Below, in pieces: positions 1-9,960 of a stretch of 64,000 bases of DNA. The stretch is from assembly GCA_964270895.1 (NCBI GenBank), contig OZ185436.1. One strand, 5' to 3'. How positions within the stretch are numbered: position 1 is the stretch's first letter; each line of letters begins with the position of its first letter. The notes below the pieces were generated by a model. It was not told where the DNA came from. It ran no database searches and was given only the letters and a program-made list of their open reading frames with translations. The stretch is from Podarcis filfolensis (Eukaryota). Made by a program: the position numbers and the translations under genes.

Positions 1-119
1 TGTAAAGTGGATTGTTCATGTTTAGGAAGGGCCTTGTACGCCAGCTTCATCTGGTGCAGGTATTTTATTTTCCATATAAATAGGATTCTGTTTTTGCTCC
101 TACACACACACACCACATT

Positions 120-248
120 TAATTGTTCTCCAAAACATGGAGGGGAGGAAAAAGGAAAACCAGGACATTCTGTGATCAAATCAGAAATTGGGATTGCTTC
201 TATAATTCTGGGAATGTCTCTGGAAAATTGGGACACTTGGAAGGTATG
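120..248. mobile_element. hAT-like MITE end fragment
   Basis: AACCAGGACATTCTG...GGAAAATTGGGACACTTGGAAGGTATG resembles the end of a common lizard non-autonomous hAT-type element (recognised from memory). It abuts the left edge of the duplicated block. Confidence 0.4.
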
Positions 249-534
249 CAATTAGAATCTGCAGCAGTGTCAAAAGATATTTCATTCAGTGCTTTCAAAA
301 TGTGACCTCTACTGAGGATTCAATAGGAAATTCATTGATTGGGTCCACTAGAGATAAGCTATTAATCAATCAGTCATTTATGAGCAAGAGTTAACAATAT
401 ATATTATAAAGCATTAATGTTTGATAAGCTTCTGTTGAGAGCCTTACTTAGACTATGTACTCAGAAGATACAAAATCCCACCTACCATACATAATACCTT
501 GTCAAATACCCTTACCTTGTCAGAAAGCACATAC

Positions 535-700
535 CTTCAAAAACACGAATTTCTTTCAAGAAGTTTCATTCACTGAGCAAACTGCTCCCCTTTAAATACA
601 GCTGAGCTGCAAAATCTCTAATCCAATTGGTTTACCTTTTCAAAACATTTTACACCCCCTCACCCCCAGGTGCTGTCCAGAACACCACCTTGCACAATGT
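535..700 (-). promoter_or_regulatory. Putative promoter and short non-coding exon 1 of a RETN-like paralog lying left of the window (copy 1 of duplicated block)
   Basis: Minus strand: TATTTAAA (598-591), then about 35-40 nt ending TTGAAG|GTATGT (exon end 535, GT 534-533). C/EBP-type TTGCACAAT at 690-698 and CACCC boxes nearby. The same layout occurs at 7303-7505. Confidence 0.5.
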
Positions 701-1699
701 TCTCACAACGTTTCCTTGTTTAGCTCACAAAGCAAAGGTCAAAGAGACAGAGCATGCTTTTTGTCCAAAACTCTTGGTTGTGAAACTCTACTGCTTTTAA
801 GGAATGTGGCAAGTAGCCATGGAATTAGGACATTCCAGGGGTTTCCCCCTGGACCTACCACTCTTGCGATCCAGCATAAAAATGAGAGCCTTGCTATTCA
901 ATACAAATTTGCAAACAACAGGAGCACTGTTCTTCTATGCAAAGCAGCAAAGGTGGTGCAAACAGCTTCCGGGAAACCAGCATTTGAAGAAAGTTCTTAG
1001 TGTTTACAAAGGTGTTTTACAGGAAGGTAGAGGCAGAACGTGGGACACATGGAGGTATTTGAAAGGGTGGGAGGTGCATTGTGGTCATCTATGTTCAACT
1101 TTTGGAGATTTTGCTCAACAACTTTGCCGGATTTTCACTTTTTGAAATATGGCAACCCTAAACTAACTGAACAAAACTCAGCCCAGCTACAATAGCAAAA
1201 AACCAGTCAAATTGTCATGATTCTGCCAAGAGTATAATCAAATTAAATCAGTGACACTGAGAGGTGTATTGAGGACCGCTCCAGACCGGTGCAGATTTTT
1301 GTGGGTGTATTCTGCAACATGTCATTGACATAAAAATAGTGAATTAGTGGTGGATTTATACTGCTTATTTGTTCTGCAATGCTTCCCCAATGTCATTCTT
1401 ACAAAAGCTGAAGCTGCCGGAGAGACCAGAGACCATCTTGGCTGTCCCTTAATACAGACCCAGGTCACTGAGCCTGAACTTCCACAGCCACCAGGAACCA
1501 CCATTGGCAGAATTGGCAGCAACAGCAGCTGATATCTTCTATGCTTATGATATTATTTTATTTTATTATCTTGCTAATTATGCTGTTTTAAATGTACATT
1601 TTATATTTGACTTCCTTTAGTAATGTTTTCTTTTGAAATGCTTAAGATTTTGTTTTAGCTGACTTTGCTGTGTTAAATGTGCATCCTTTCAGATAATAA

Positions 1700-1795
1700 G
1701 TCGTACCTTGGAAGCTGAACGGAATTCGTTCCGGAAGTCCGTTTGACTTCCAAAACGTTCAGAAACCAGGGCGTGGCTTCTGATTGGCTGCAGGA
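1700..1795 (+). mobile_element. Truncated Tigger-like MITE left end
   Basis: GTCGTACCTTGGAAGCTGAACGGAATTCGTTCCGGAAGTCCG..., similar to CAGTCGTACCT-type TcMar-Tigger termini. It is cut off by an L2-type tail. Confidence 0.5.
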
Positions 1796-1825
1796 AGCTG
1801 GGGAAACCCAACCAGATGGGCAGGG

Positions 1826-1876
<51 letters not shown>
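1795..1876 (+). repeat. L2-type 3' tail with (TAA)n microsatellite
   Basis: GCTGGGGAAACCCAACCAGATGGGCAGGGTATAA followed by about 16 TAA units. The same tail occurs inverted at 12439 and 26942. Confidence 0.7.
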
Positions 1877-1877
<1 letters not shown>

Positions 1878-2129
1878 GTTAAGTTGTGGGTGAACATATC
1901 AGACAACACAGCGATTCTTCAAACAGCTCTTGTTTATTCACAGGCCAGAACAGAACTGAACTGAAGGGTTCAGCCAGCCTGCTTATATAGAGCTCCACTA
2001 CAACGCAACTGTAACAACTTTCTGTAACTGAATGTCACTTTCAATCCCTTATTTGCATATGTGGACCTGAGTGAAAACTATCTACAGTATCCCCCTGCTG
2101 GCCCAGGGTGAGAACTTCAGTACATCACA
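1877..2129 (-). mobile_element. Solo LTR (253 bp, Gypsy-like)
   Basis: Minus strand starts TGTGATG (2129) and ends ...AACTTAACT (CA end altered). 5-bp TSD ATAAT at 1872-1876 and 2130-2134. Internal octamer (2051-2058), TATATAA (1989-1983) and AATAAA (1938-1933) are in LTR order. Confidence 0.75.
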
Positions 2130-2282
2130 ATAATCACAATATTTTCCTTTAACCCTTGTGAACTTTTCACACCAGGAAGTAGAAGAAGATGGATTTCTGA
2201 CATCTCTCAACAGCTGCCACTCCAGATACATTTAAAAAAAAAGACTAATCCACAAGAATGTTCATAAAATCATAGAAGTGAG

Positions 2283-2288
2283 TTTATT
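2283..2288 (-). terminator. RETN polyadenylation signal
   Basis: AATAAA on the minus strand, 40 nt after the TGA stop. Confidence 0.75.
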
Positions 2289-2327
2289 GAGCATAGAAGC
2301 TGGAGTCAACAGGGAGCTGGGGAGAAA

Positions 2328-2464
2328 TCAGCCAACAATGGCCACTTTGCAGCACCGGGCAGAAGTCCAGTCAATGTTGGCACACTGGCAGTGACAGGTA
2401 GCATCGCCACGTATATCCCAGGAACCACAAGCCATTCCACAGGCACATCCAGTGGCCAGGTACC
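2328..2464 (-). CDS. RETN: RETN last coding exon
   Basis: Acceptor TTTTCTACTCCCAG; encodes (G)[44 protein letters not shown]. Confidence 0.95.
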
Positions 2465-4799
2465 CTGGGAGTAGAAAAGAGAAGTTAGAGAAACAGGCAG
2501 CAGAGCACTTTTATCCCCATGATGTGGAGGATATCCACCTGATCAGACACCATCACAGCTGAGGTGCAAGTCCTTGGTGCTGCTGTGCTAATGCCACAGT
2601 TTTAGACACCCAACCAGTTTCCCTCAGCCATGACCTTGGATTTCATACGCATGACCAAACAAAGCAAGCAGAGATCCATAGGGATGTGTTTAGCTGCTAC
2701 CCACAGAGTAAGTCATTTTCCTGTCCTCCATGTCCCTGCTCCTAATACCCTCCCAGTCTCTGCTCTTCTCCGCAAAATATGTCTTACCTGAAGGACAGTA
2801 GGCATTAGCACCATGAGAAAATGCGGTTGTGCAAATCAGCTTTCTCTTTGCCAGAATTGAGTGCACTGTAAATAAAGACAGGAGGATTAGGGTTCTACTG
2901 CATGCCATCGTTGCTCAAATAGAAAAGCTTTCTTTGTTCTTGCTGCTATTTAGATAGCTACAAGGAACGTACTATTCATTCTGAGCCTGTATACACCCCA
3001 TACATTTGAAGTATATTCCCTGCCCTCCAAGAGAAGACTTGTATGCTTGACCCCATAGCTAAAAAATCATCCTACTCCCTCAAAGATGCAAGATTGATTT
3101 CCATATTGCATTTGTCACATGAATCTCTCTGAATTGCTTGTGCATGCTATATATCAGTAGCTCCTGAAGATGCAAAATCTTTCACACAATCAAGAACTGT
3201 TCAGTTCACATCTCTTAAGGATTCTCAGGGCAAGAGAAAAGTTATGACAGGCATCTCCTAGTCTGAAAACTTTTTTTTTAACCCTCTTGGTTGCTCCTTG
3301 TTAACAAAATTACTAATCTTTTTTTGTCTGTCTACACAAAGATTGGGAGCAGAAATGAGTGTCTCCCCAGATTCTCCATCTGAGCCACAAGAAAACAAGG
3401 CTAAACATTAGCGCTGCCACTTTCTCTTCCCTTGATTTAAAGCAAATTAAAATTAAATTATGTGCCACTTCAGCTGTAAAGCAAACAATTAACATTTCTG
3501 TTTTCCCTACACCACCATTGTGTGTTTTACATCTGCAAGAAAAACAACAACAATTTGCCAACCAATTTTCAAAATTAGTACAATATGTTCAATTTTGCAT
3601 TTTAAACTCACTTAAATCAAAGCATTAGCTGTTATTTCTCCATTGGACTCTTAACTATGCATTACAGAAAATGCCAGCTATCCTAACATAAATTCTTTTC
3701 TTTTTTAAATAATTTTTATTGGAATATTTACAACATAACATAAACACCCCACCCCAGTACACAATCCACCCTCATTAAACGTGAACATAACATACAGTGA
3801 GCTTAACAATACAAACAACTAAATAAAAGACTTCCTTTATCCTGTATCTAGCCTTCTTATTTATTTATTATAAACTGTTTCCTTTATGAATAATTATTAA
3901 GATTTTTCTAATTATAACTTAAATATCCACAAAGTCTGCTGCAGACATTAATCGAAACAAGTCCAGGTATATATTTTAGGGCACTGTTTTGTGAAGTATT
4001 CTCTGCATTTTCCCCATGCTTTTTGAAACTCTTGTCTGGTGTGATCTCTAATAAAAGATCACAATTACAGTGGTACCTCAGGTTACATACGCTTCAGGTT
4101 ACATACACTTCAGGTTACAGACTCCTCTAACCCAGAAGTAGTACCTCGGGTTAAGAACTTTGCTTCAGGATGAGAACAGAAATCGTGCTCTGGCGGTGTG
4201 GTGGCAGCAGAAGGCCCCATTAGCTAAAGTGGTGCTTCAGGTTAAGAACAGTTTCAGGTTAAGAACGGACCTCCAGAATGAATTAAGTACGTAACCAGAG
4301 GTACCACTGTAGAGCTAACATAAATTCTTTAATGCAGCAGAATAACAAAAAACAACAACAACTCTGAACTGCAGCATCTCCAGACACTTTCCAATGAGAA
4401 ATCACATCTATGAATCAAGGTAAAGCTAACTTTACCAAACTGGAGTGAATTTAATCTAGGAAAAATGGAAGGATTTTTCTGGTATGGGTAATGGGTTTAC
4501 GGTTCATGCCCCTTTTTACCTTACAGTGGGTAAAACTTAGGTGATACAATAATCTCCAAATGAAGCATTCAACATTATTATTAGAAGCAGACAATCCTGG
4601 AAGAACCTGGGAATCTTAGAATGACAATGGGGAACAGATTTTCAAGCATCATAAAGGGGCCTGGGATCCAAATACCTTTGGAATCAATTGCTGCCTGGAT
4701 CTTTCCATTAATCAGAGTATCGATAACACATGACTGAGGACTTGCATAATTTGCAGGAAACACCACAGCAAAGATCAGGAAAATGGTGAATTTCATCAT
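2328..4799 (-). CDS. RETN: Resistin (RETN/RELM family), 112 aa, join of 4676-4799, 2788-2865 and 2328-2464
   Basis: Spliced [115 protein letters not shown]. It has a signal peptide and the exact resistin cysteine spacing C-X11-C-X8-C-X-C-X3-C-X10-C-X-C-X-C-X9-CC. Both introns are GT-AG, phase 1, and the gene is next to STXBP2. Confidence 0.95.
2788..2865 (-). CDS. RETN: RETN middle coding exon (78 bp)
   Basis: TTTATTTACAG acceptor, GTAAGA donor; encodes (V)[25 protein letters not shown]. Confidence 0.93.
3699..4314 (-). mobile_element. 5'-truncated LINE-type insertion with 16-bp TSD and a nested MITE
   Basis: CTAACATAAATTCTTT at 3683-3698 and 4315-4330 flanks a T-rich-headed insert that contains the MITE at 4068-4309. 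Confidence 0.65.
4068..4309 (+). mobile_element. Tigger-like (TcMar) MITE, family A, copy 1
   Basis: Termini CAGTGGTACCTC...GAGGTACCACTG with TA duplication on both sides. Confidence 0.85.
4676..4799 (-). CDS. RETN: RETN first coding exon (exon starts at 4815 after the T-rich acceptor)
   Basis: Encodes the signal peptide [20 protein letters not shown] followed by PQSC...IDSK. Donor GTATT at 4675. An acceptor T(n)AATCTGTACAG ends at 4816, which implies an upstream non-coding exon. Confidence 0.92.
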
Positions 4800-4904
4800 G
4801 CTGGTGAAGAATTTCCTGTACAGATTAAAAAAAAAAAAAATCCAGCTATTGCATACTCTGCCATGTCACGAATAGCAAAATTTGGAGGAAAAGCATGAGG
4901 AAGT

Positions 4905-5030
4905 AGAATCATAGAGTTGGAAGAGACCCTGAGGATCATCTAGTCCAGCCCCTGCAGTACAAGAATATGCAGTCATCCCATATGGGGATCAAACCTGCAA
5001 CCTTGGGATTATCAGCATCACAGTCTAACC
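4905..5030 (-). mobile_element. tRNA-Ile-like-headed SINE with CR1-type tail
   Basis: Reverse complement GGTTAGACTGTGATGCTGATAATCCCAAGGTTGCAGGTTTGATCCCC... then GGACTAGATGATCCTCAGGGTCTCTTCCAACTCTATGATTCT. Confidence 0.65.
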
Positions 5031-5059
5031 AGAAAGTAAGAGTTGAGTCATAAGAAGAC

Positions 5060-5408
5060 GTAAAGGTAAAGGGACTCCTGACCGTTAAGTCCAGTTGTGG
5101 ACGACTCTGGGGTTGCGGCGCCCATCTTGCTTTACTGGCCAAGGGAGCCGGCGTACAGCTTCCGGGTCATGTGGCCAGCATGACTAAGCCGCTTCTGGCG
5201 AACCAGAGCAGCGCACGGAAACGCCGTTTACCTTCCCGCCGGAGCGGTATCTATTTCTCTACTTGCACTCTGACGTGCTTTCGAACTGCTAGGTTGGCAG
5301 GAGCAGGGACCGAGCAACGGGAGCTCATCCCGTCGCGGGGATTCGAACCGCCCACATTCTGATCGGCAAACCCTAGGCTCTGTGGTTTAACCCACAGCGC
5401 CACCCATG
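5060..5408 (-). mobile_element. Sauria SINE (Squam1), near full length
   Basis: (ACCTTT)n tail, GGGTCATGTGGCCAGCATGACT core and tRNA-like head (GGGATTCGAACC B-box on the reverse strand). Confidence 0.9.
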
Positions 5409-6001
5409 TAGGAACAATGTATTTATTGGAACCAACTGAAGATACCAGTATGCGGTCATGAGGCCTATTACTTTTTGTATTACAGAGGCCACGTGGGTGC
5501 TGCAATGTTCCCCATAAAGGAAATGTAAGGCCCCCGGGATTCTTGGTGCCACTGCAGAGAGAATTCCCACTCTTCCCTTTTTCACCTCTGCTTCCAGTCA
5601 AGGGAGGGTGGGAGGCACTGCTGTCTGATTTAGGACTTCCTGTGACTGTTCTCTGTCCTTGGTAGGCTGCAATACTGACCCTGACATTTTCCAGTGCTGG
5701 TGCTAAGCTCGCTGAGGCTGAGCACTGTCAGAGAATCTGTTTGGGGATTTTCTTTAGGTGTGTTTCTTTTCATGCAGGACACACAGTGTCAGCAAACCTG
5801 CACCAATGACACGGTTACTAGAAGACATCTAAGATTATAAGTCATCATCACTATTTCATTTATGCCATAAGTCTCTCCGAGTCACTTGAGCAAAACTAAG
5901 CTTCTTTTTGAAATGTTGCACTGGGGAAAGGTGGAGAATTGCACAAATCTGACCCATGGCTGAAAACCTGAACTACCTGGTGGCTGTAAGCAACTGAGTG
6001 G

Positions 6002-6232
6002 AACTTCATTCAGATAAGAACTTCATTCAGATAAGAACTTCCTGACAGTAAGAGCTGTTTGACAGTGAAATTTGCTGCCAAGGAGTGTGGTGGAGTCTCC
6101 TTCTTTGGAGGTCTTTAAGCAGAGGCTTGACAACCATATATCAGGAGTGCTCTGATGGTGTTTCCTGCTTGGCAGGGGGTTGGACTCGATGGTCCTTGTG
6201 GTCTCTTCCAACTCTATGATTCTATGATTCTA
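6002..6232 (+). mobile_element. CR1 LINE 3' fragment
   Basis: AAGAACTTCCTGACAGTAAGAGCTG...GGAGGTCTTTAAGCAGAGGCTTGAC...TTCCAACTCTATGATTCTATGATTCT. There is a 17-bp duplication at the 5' junction. Confidence 0.9.
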
Positions 6233-7302
6233 AGACAGAAGTACTGTTGGTCATGGATGGGTATATAGCTAATGTGGTACTGAGAGTTACTAAGAGACCT
6301 CTATTGTCCTCACAGAGCTACAATGACTAGGGTTGCCTGCAAAGACGGGTTGATTCTTACACCACTCTAGGAATTGTGGCCCTGGGAGGGAAATAGGGAT
6401 ATCCTAACAACTCTCACCACCCTTAACTACAACTCCCAGAATTGTTTGGAGGAAGCAGTAACTGTTTAAAGGGATATCATCGTGCTTTAAATATATGGTA
6501 TAAATGTGGCCTGAACCTCCCAACCAATACTACAGATAGCATATGCTGATACATCTGGGGCAAACTACATGTTACATGTCAATGTGTGAAAGACAGGATC
6601 AAGGTTTTCATTTTCTATATACAGAAAAATATAGGGCTTTCAGCGCACAACCTCCATGCCGAAGGGCATATGAAACTTTCCCCCCCCACTGGCTGTTTTA
6701 ACTCTCATTTCTATCCCAGTGGAATTCCAGAAGTGTATTTCCCAGGATAAATGGGCATCTGGGATCAGGAAGGGAGAAAGGAAGATGGAGGGCATTTTGC
6801 GTGTTATGTGTAGTTTGTCCTTCAGAAAAATAAAAACACCTTGGAGAAGGAGGGAATCAATTAACTTGCAGAAGGTGGTGATCAATCCCATGGTATAGCT
6901 TAATTATTATCTACAATCACCACCAGGTTGGTTTGTTTTTTTAAAAAAAAGTTAATTGAAACTAAGGTCCTTGAAGTGCAATTAAGATGACATTCCTAAC
7001 CCAACTCAATTTGAATCTGCAGCAGAGTCAAAAGAAACCGCTATGAATACCAATACAGATACTTCCCTCAGCCTCCTCAAAACATTGTCTCTACTGAGGG
7101 TTTAATTGGTAATTAATTAATTAAGTCTATTAGAGATAAGCTATTAATCAGATCATTTATGAGCAAGAATTATCAATATATATCTTAAGACATTAATGTA
7201 CAGGATTAAACTGTTGATAGCCTTACTTGGAATATGAATCCAGAAGATATAAAAGCCTGCCTACTGTTATTTTTCATCATTACTTTGTCAAAAGCCACGT
7301 AC

Positions 7303-7505
7303 CTTCAAAAGCACAATTTTCTTTCCAGAAGTTTCATTCACCAACCAAACTACCCCCGCTTTAAGTACAGTTTTGCAAACACGCCCACCTGACTGGTTTC
7401 ACCTTTCAAAACATTTTACTCCTCTGCCCCAAAGGTGCACATATACAACCTGTCCACAATAGGGACACCCCCTAGAACACCCCGTTGTACAATGTTATCA
7501 CAATA
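7303..7505 (-). promoter_or_regulatory. Putative RETN proximal promoter and short non-coding exon 1 (copy 2 of duplicated block)
   Basis: TACTTAAA (7367-7360), then about 35-40 nt ending TTTGAAG|GTACGT (exon end 7303). C/EBP-like TTGTACAAT (7485-7493) and TTATCACAAT (7496-7505), plus CACCC boxes. It supplies the donor needed for the acceptor at 4816. Confidence 0.55.
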
Positions 7506-8588
7506 TTTCCTGGTTAACGTTAGGGGTTGGGGCATCCTTACTGCTGAAAGCTTTTAGTGATATAAAGCTACTTCAAACATTTTTTATGCAAAACAGCAAA
7601 GACTGTGCAAACAGCTTCCAATTCTCAGCTGTCCATTTACAGTGGTGTTTTACAATAGGGTGGAGGCTGAACAGCAGACACATTGAAGTGTACCTGTAGA
7701 TATTTGAAAAGGGTGGCATGTGCACTATGGTGTATTTATTTATCATAAATATCCTGGAGACATACAAAGGAAAACAATGAGAATTAAACCATACAATAAA
7801 ACTGTTTTTATAGTCAATGAAATCAACCCATCAATAGATCAAATCCAACCCTAAGATAGACACAAATTAAATATCTGAACAACCATTCCAACAAAACTAA
7901 GCCCAGCTACAAAGATAAAAACCAGTCAGATGGTCGTGTTTCTGGCAAGAGTAATAAAATCAGTGACATTTAGATATATTGGGGGTCCCTACAGACTGGT
8001 GGGAGTCTTTTTACAGGTGTATTTTGTAGCACGTCATTGACAAAATATTATTGTCTTAGTGGTGGATTTATACTGGATTGTCCATGCTTCGTTCCACTTT
8101 ATTAGTTATGCTATGCAAAGCTTCCCAGTGTTATTGCATTATTGCCACCTTGAGAGGCAACTACACAGCACAGCACAAGCAGGGCTGACAGCTCCCCAGC
8201 TGCACCCTAGGACCTGAGCCATGTGCAGAAGGGAGTTCTGGCTAGGACGGAGTGTCCACCTCTGATTGCTTTTAAAACTTTACTGCTACCAGGTGAAAGG
8301 ATTTAATTTCCTACAAGGCTACCTTCCACCACACAGCCTAAAACCATCCCTGGGTCTCCCCCAAGGACCTCCAAGGTGGTGTGGAACTGGACTTTTAGAT
8401 GTGGGTGCTGAATCAATGGAGACCCCCAAATTTTAAGATTAAAGGTTTAAAGTTTACTAAAAATAAATTTTTTAAATAATTGTTATGAAGAAGGTTAAAC
8501 ATAGGAATGGTCAACAGCATACACAACTTTCCTCCCATGGCAGCAAAAGGTACAGTCAAATAAACACAGTTCACTTTCCACCTCTCTA

Positions 8589-8814
8589 CAGTGGTACCTC
8601 AGGTTACATACGCTTCAGGTTACAGACTCTGCTAACCCAGAAATAGTGCTTCAGGTTAAGAACTTTGCTTCAGGATGAGAACAGAAATTGTGCTCCGGTT
8701 GCGTGGCGGCAGCAGGAGGCCCCGTTAGCTAAAGTGGTGCTTCAGGTTAAGAGCAGTTTCAGGTTAAGAACGGACCTCTGGAATGAATTAAGTACTTAAC
8801 CCGAGGTACCACTG
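8589..8814 (+). mobile_element. Tigger-like MITE, family A, copy 2
   Basis: CAGTGGTACCTC...GAGGTACCACTG with TA TSD. Confidence 0.85.
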
Positions 8815-9359
8815 TAGTTGCAAACAGATATGTAGCTTAGCAGAGAATGAGGGTCATAGGGTTGAGCCCAAAGTTGGGCAAGTGGAATGCAAAATCAGGG
8901 ATCATAGCTCTCTGAGAGTTAAGTTCTCACCTTCAGGATTTTGTGCCAGCAAGGTAACAGTGTCTCTCACCTGTTCCTTTGGTCTGTGGTCCAGCAAAGT
9001 GCAGGGTTGATCTTTGAGATCCCTGAGGAGCAAAGAGGAGGTCCTGTTGGAGCTGTGAGCTGACTAACCATTGAAAAATAAAGTTTCATGCTAACTAATA
9101 GGGCTTCCTGAGAGAGTGAATAATGTAATGCCTAAGTTTTTTGAACTATTGTCATTCCTGGTAGCTTACCATTGTGTTTACTGAAATAGATTTGAAGTAT
9201 TGGGGGGGCGGACATGCTTAATTATGGGAAGGCCACATCTGAATAATAGGTGTACCACAAAAAAGATTTCATTGTGTATGTGGTGTCTGGTTCCTGCTTA
9301 CGAGAGGGTGATAATTAATGTTTGCTGGTGAACACAAAGATTAGATATAATGATATTTT

Positions 9360-9960
9360 TGCAACTCTTAGGAGCAGGATGTTTATACTAAGGTCTAGTG
9401 ACTTTCTGTGTGATCTACTATAATGCATTTTTCTTGCGGCTGCCATTGAAGATGGTCCAGAGGCTGCACTAGTGTACAATGTGTCTACTGAATTGGTAAG
9501 TGAGGCAGCCTGGTGGAATAATGTGTCACCAGTCCTGAAAGCACTGAATTGGCTGCCAGTGAGATAACAAACCCAATTCAAGATATTCCCACCAGCACAT
9601 AAAGCCCGAAATGGCTTGGGACCCAAATACCTAAAATTGTGCCTTCTGAACATCAAGCACCTCCAGACTCTATGATCTGAGTTGGCACTGACTTGTGGCA
9701 CATAACAGGGCCTTTGCAATCAATGGTTGTTCCCAGTTTGTGGAATGCCATATGCCTCCATCATTCTTTCAGGAGTTCACATTTCGTGTCCGCAGAATAC
9801 TGTTCCTTGCGACCCTCAGATCATTAAGCAAAATAATGTTTTTAGAATGTTTTTAACTGAAACTGCTTTTGGAATATTTTAGCTATTTTAGAATACTTTT
9901 TAAAAATGTGGATGTGTTTGGGCTGTTTGGGCTGTAAAGGCCAGATATAAATTCAACAAA
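9360..9960 (+). mobile_element. Degenerate L2 LINE 3' fragment
   Basis: Broken frame SPVLKALNWLPVR*...ARNGLGPKYL matches the L2 RT C-terminus seen intact at 47923-48666 ([12 protein letters not shown]...LHGLGPSYL). Confidence 0.7.

Noticed and set aside
716-1145. ORFs at 716-1000 and 804-1145 inside the duplicated block
   Set aside because: The homologous copy near 7500-7750 does not keep either frame open, and no domain is recognisable. The block looks non-coding.
1673-1964. Poly-Ile/poly-Asn ORFs (also 26804-27080 and 47588-47809)
   Set aside because: Translations of (TAA)n microsatellite tails of L2-type elements.
8971-9070. Alternative RETN non-coding exon 1 ending at a GGAACAG|GTGAGA donor (8971)
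   Set aside because: A good donor, but it lacks a clear TATA/C-EBP context and has no counterpart in the duplicated block. The 7303 donor is better supported. It could still be a minor upstream exon.
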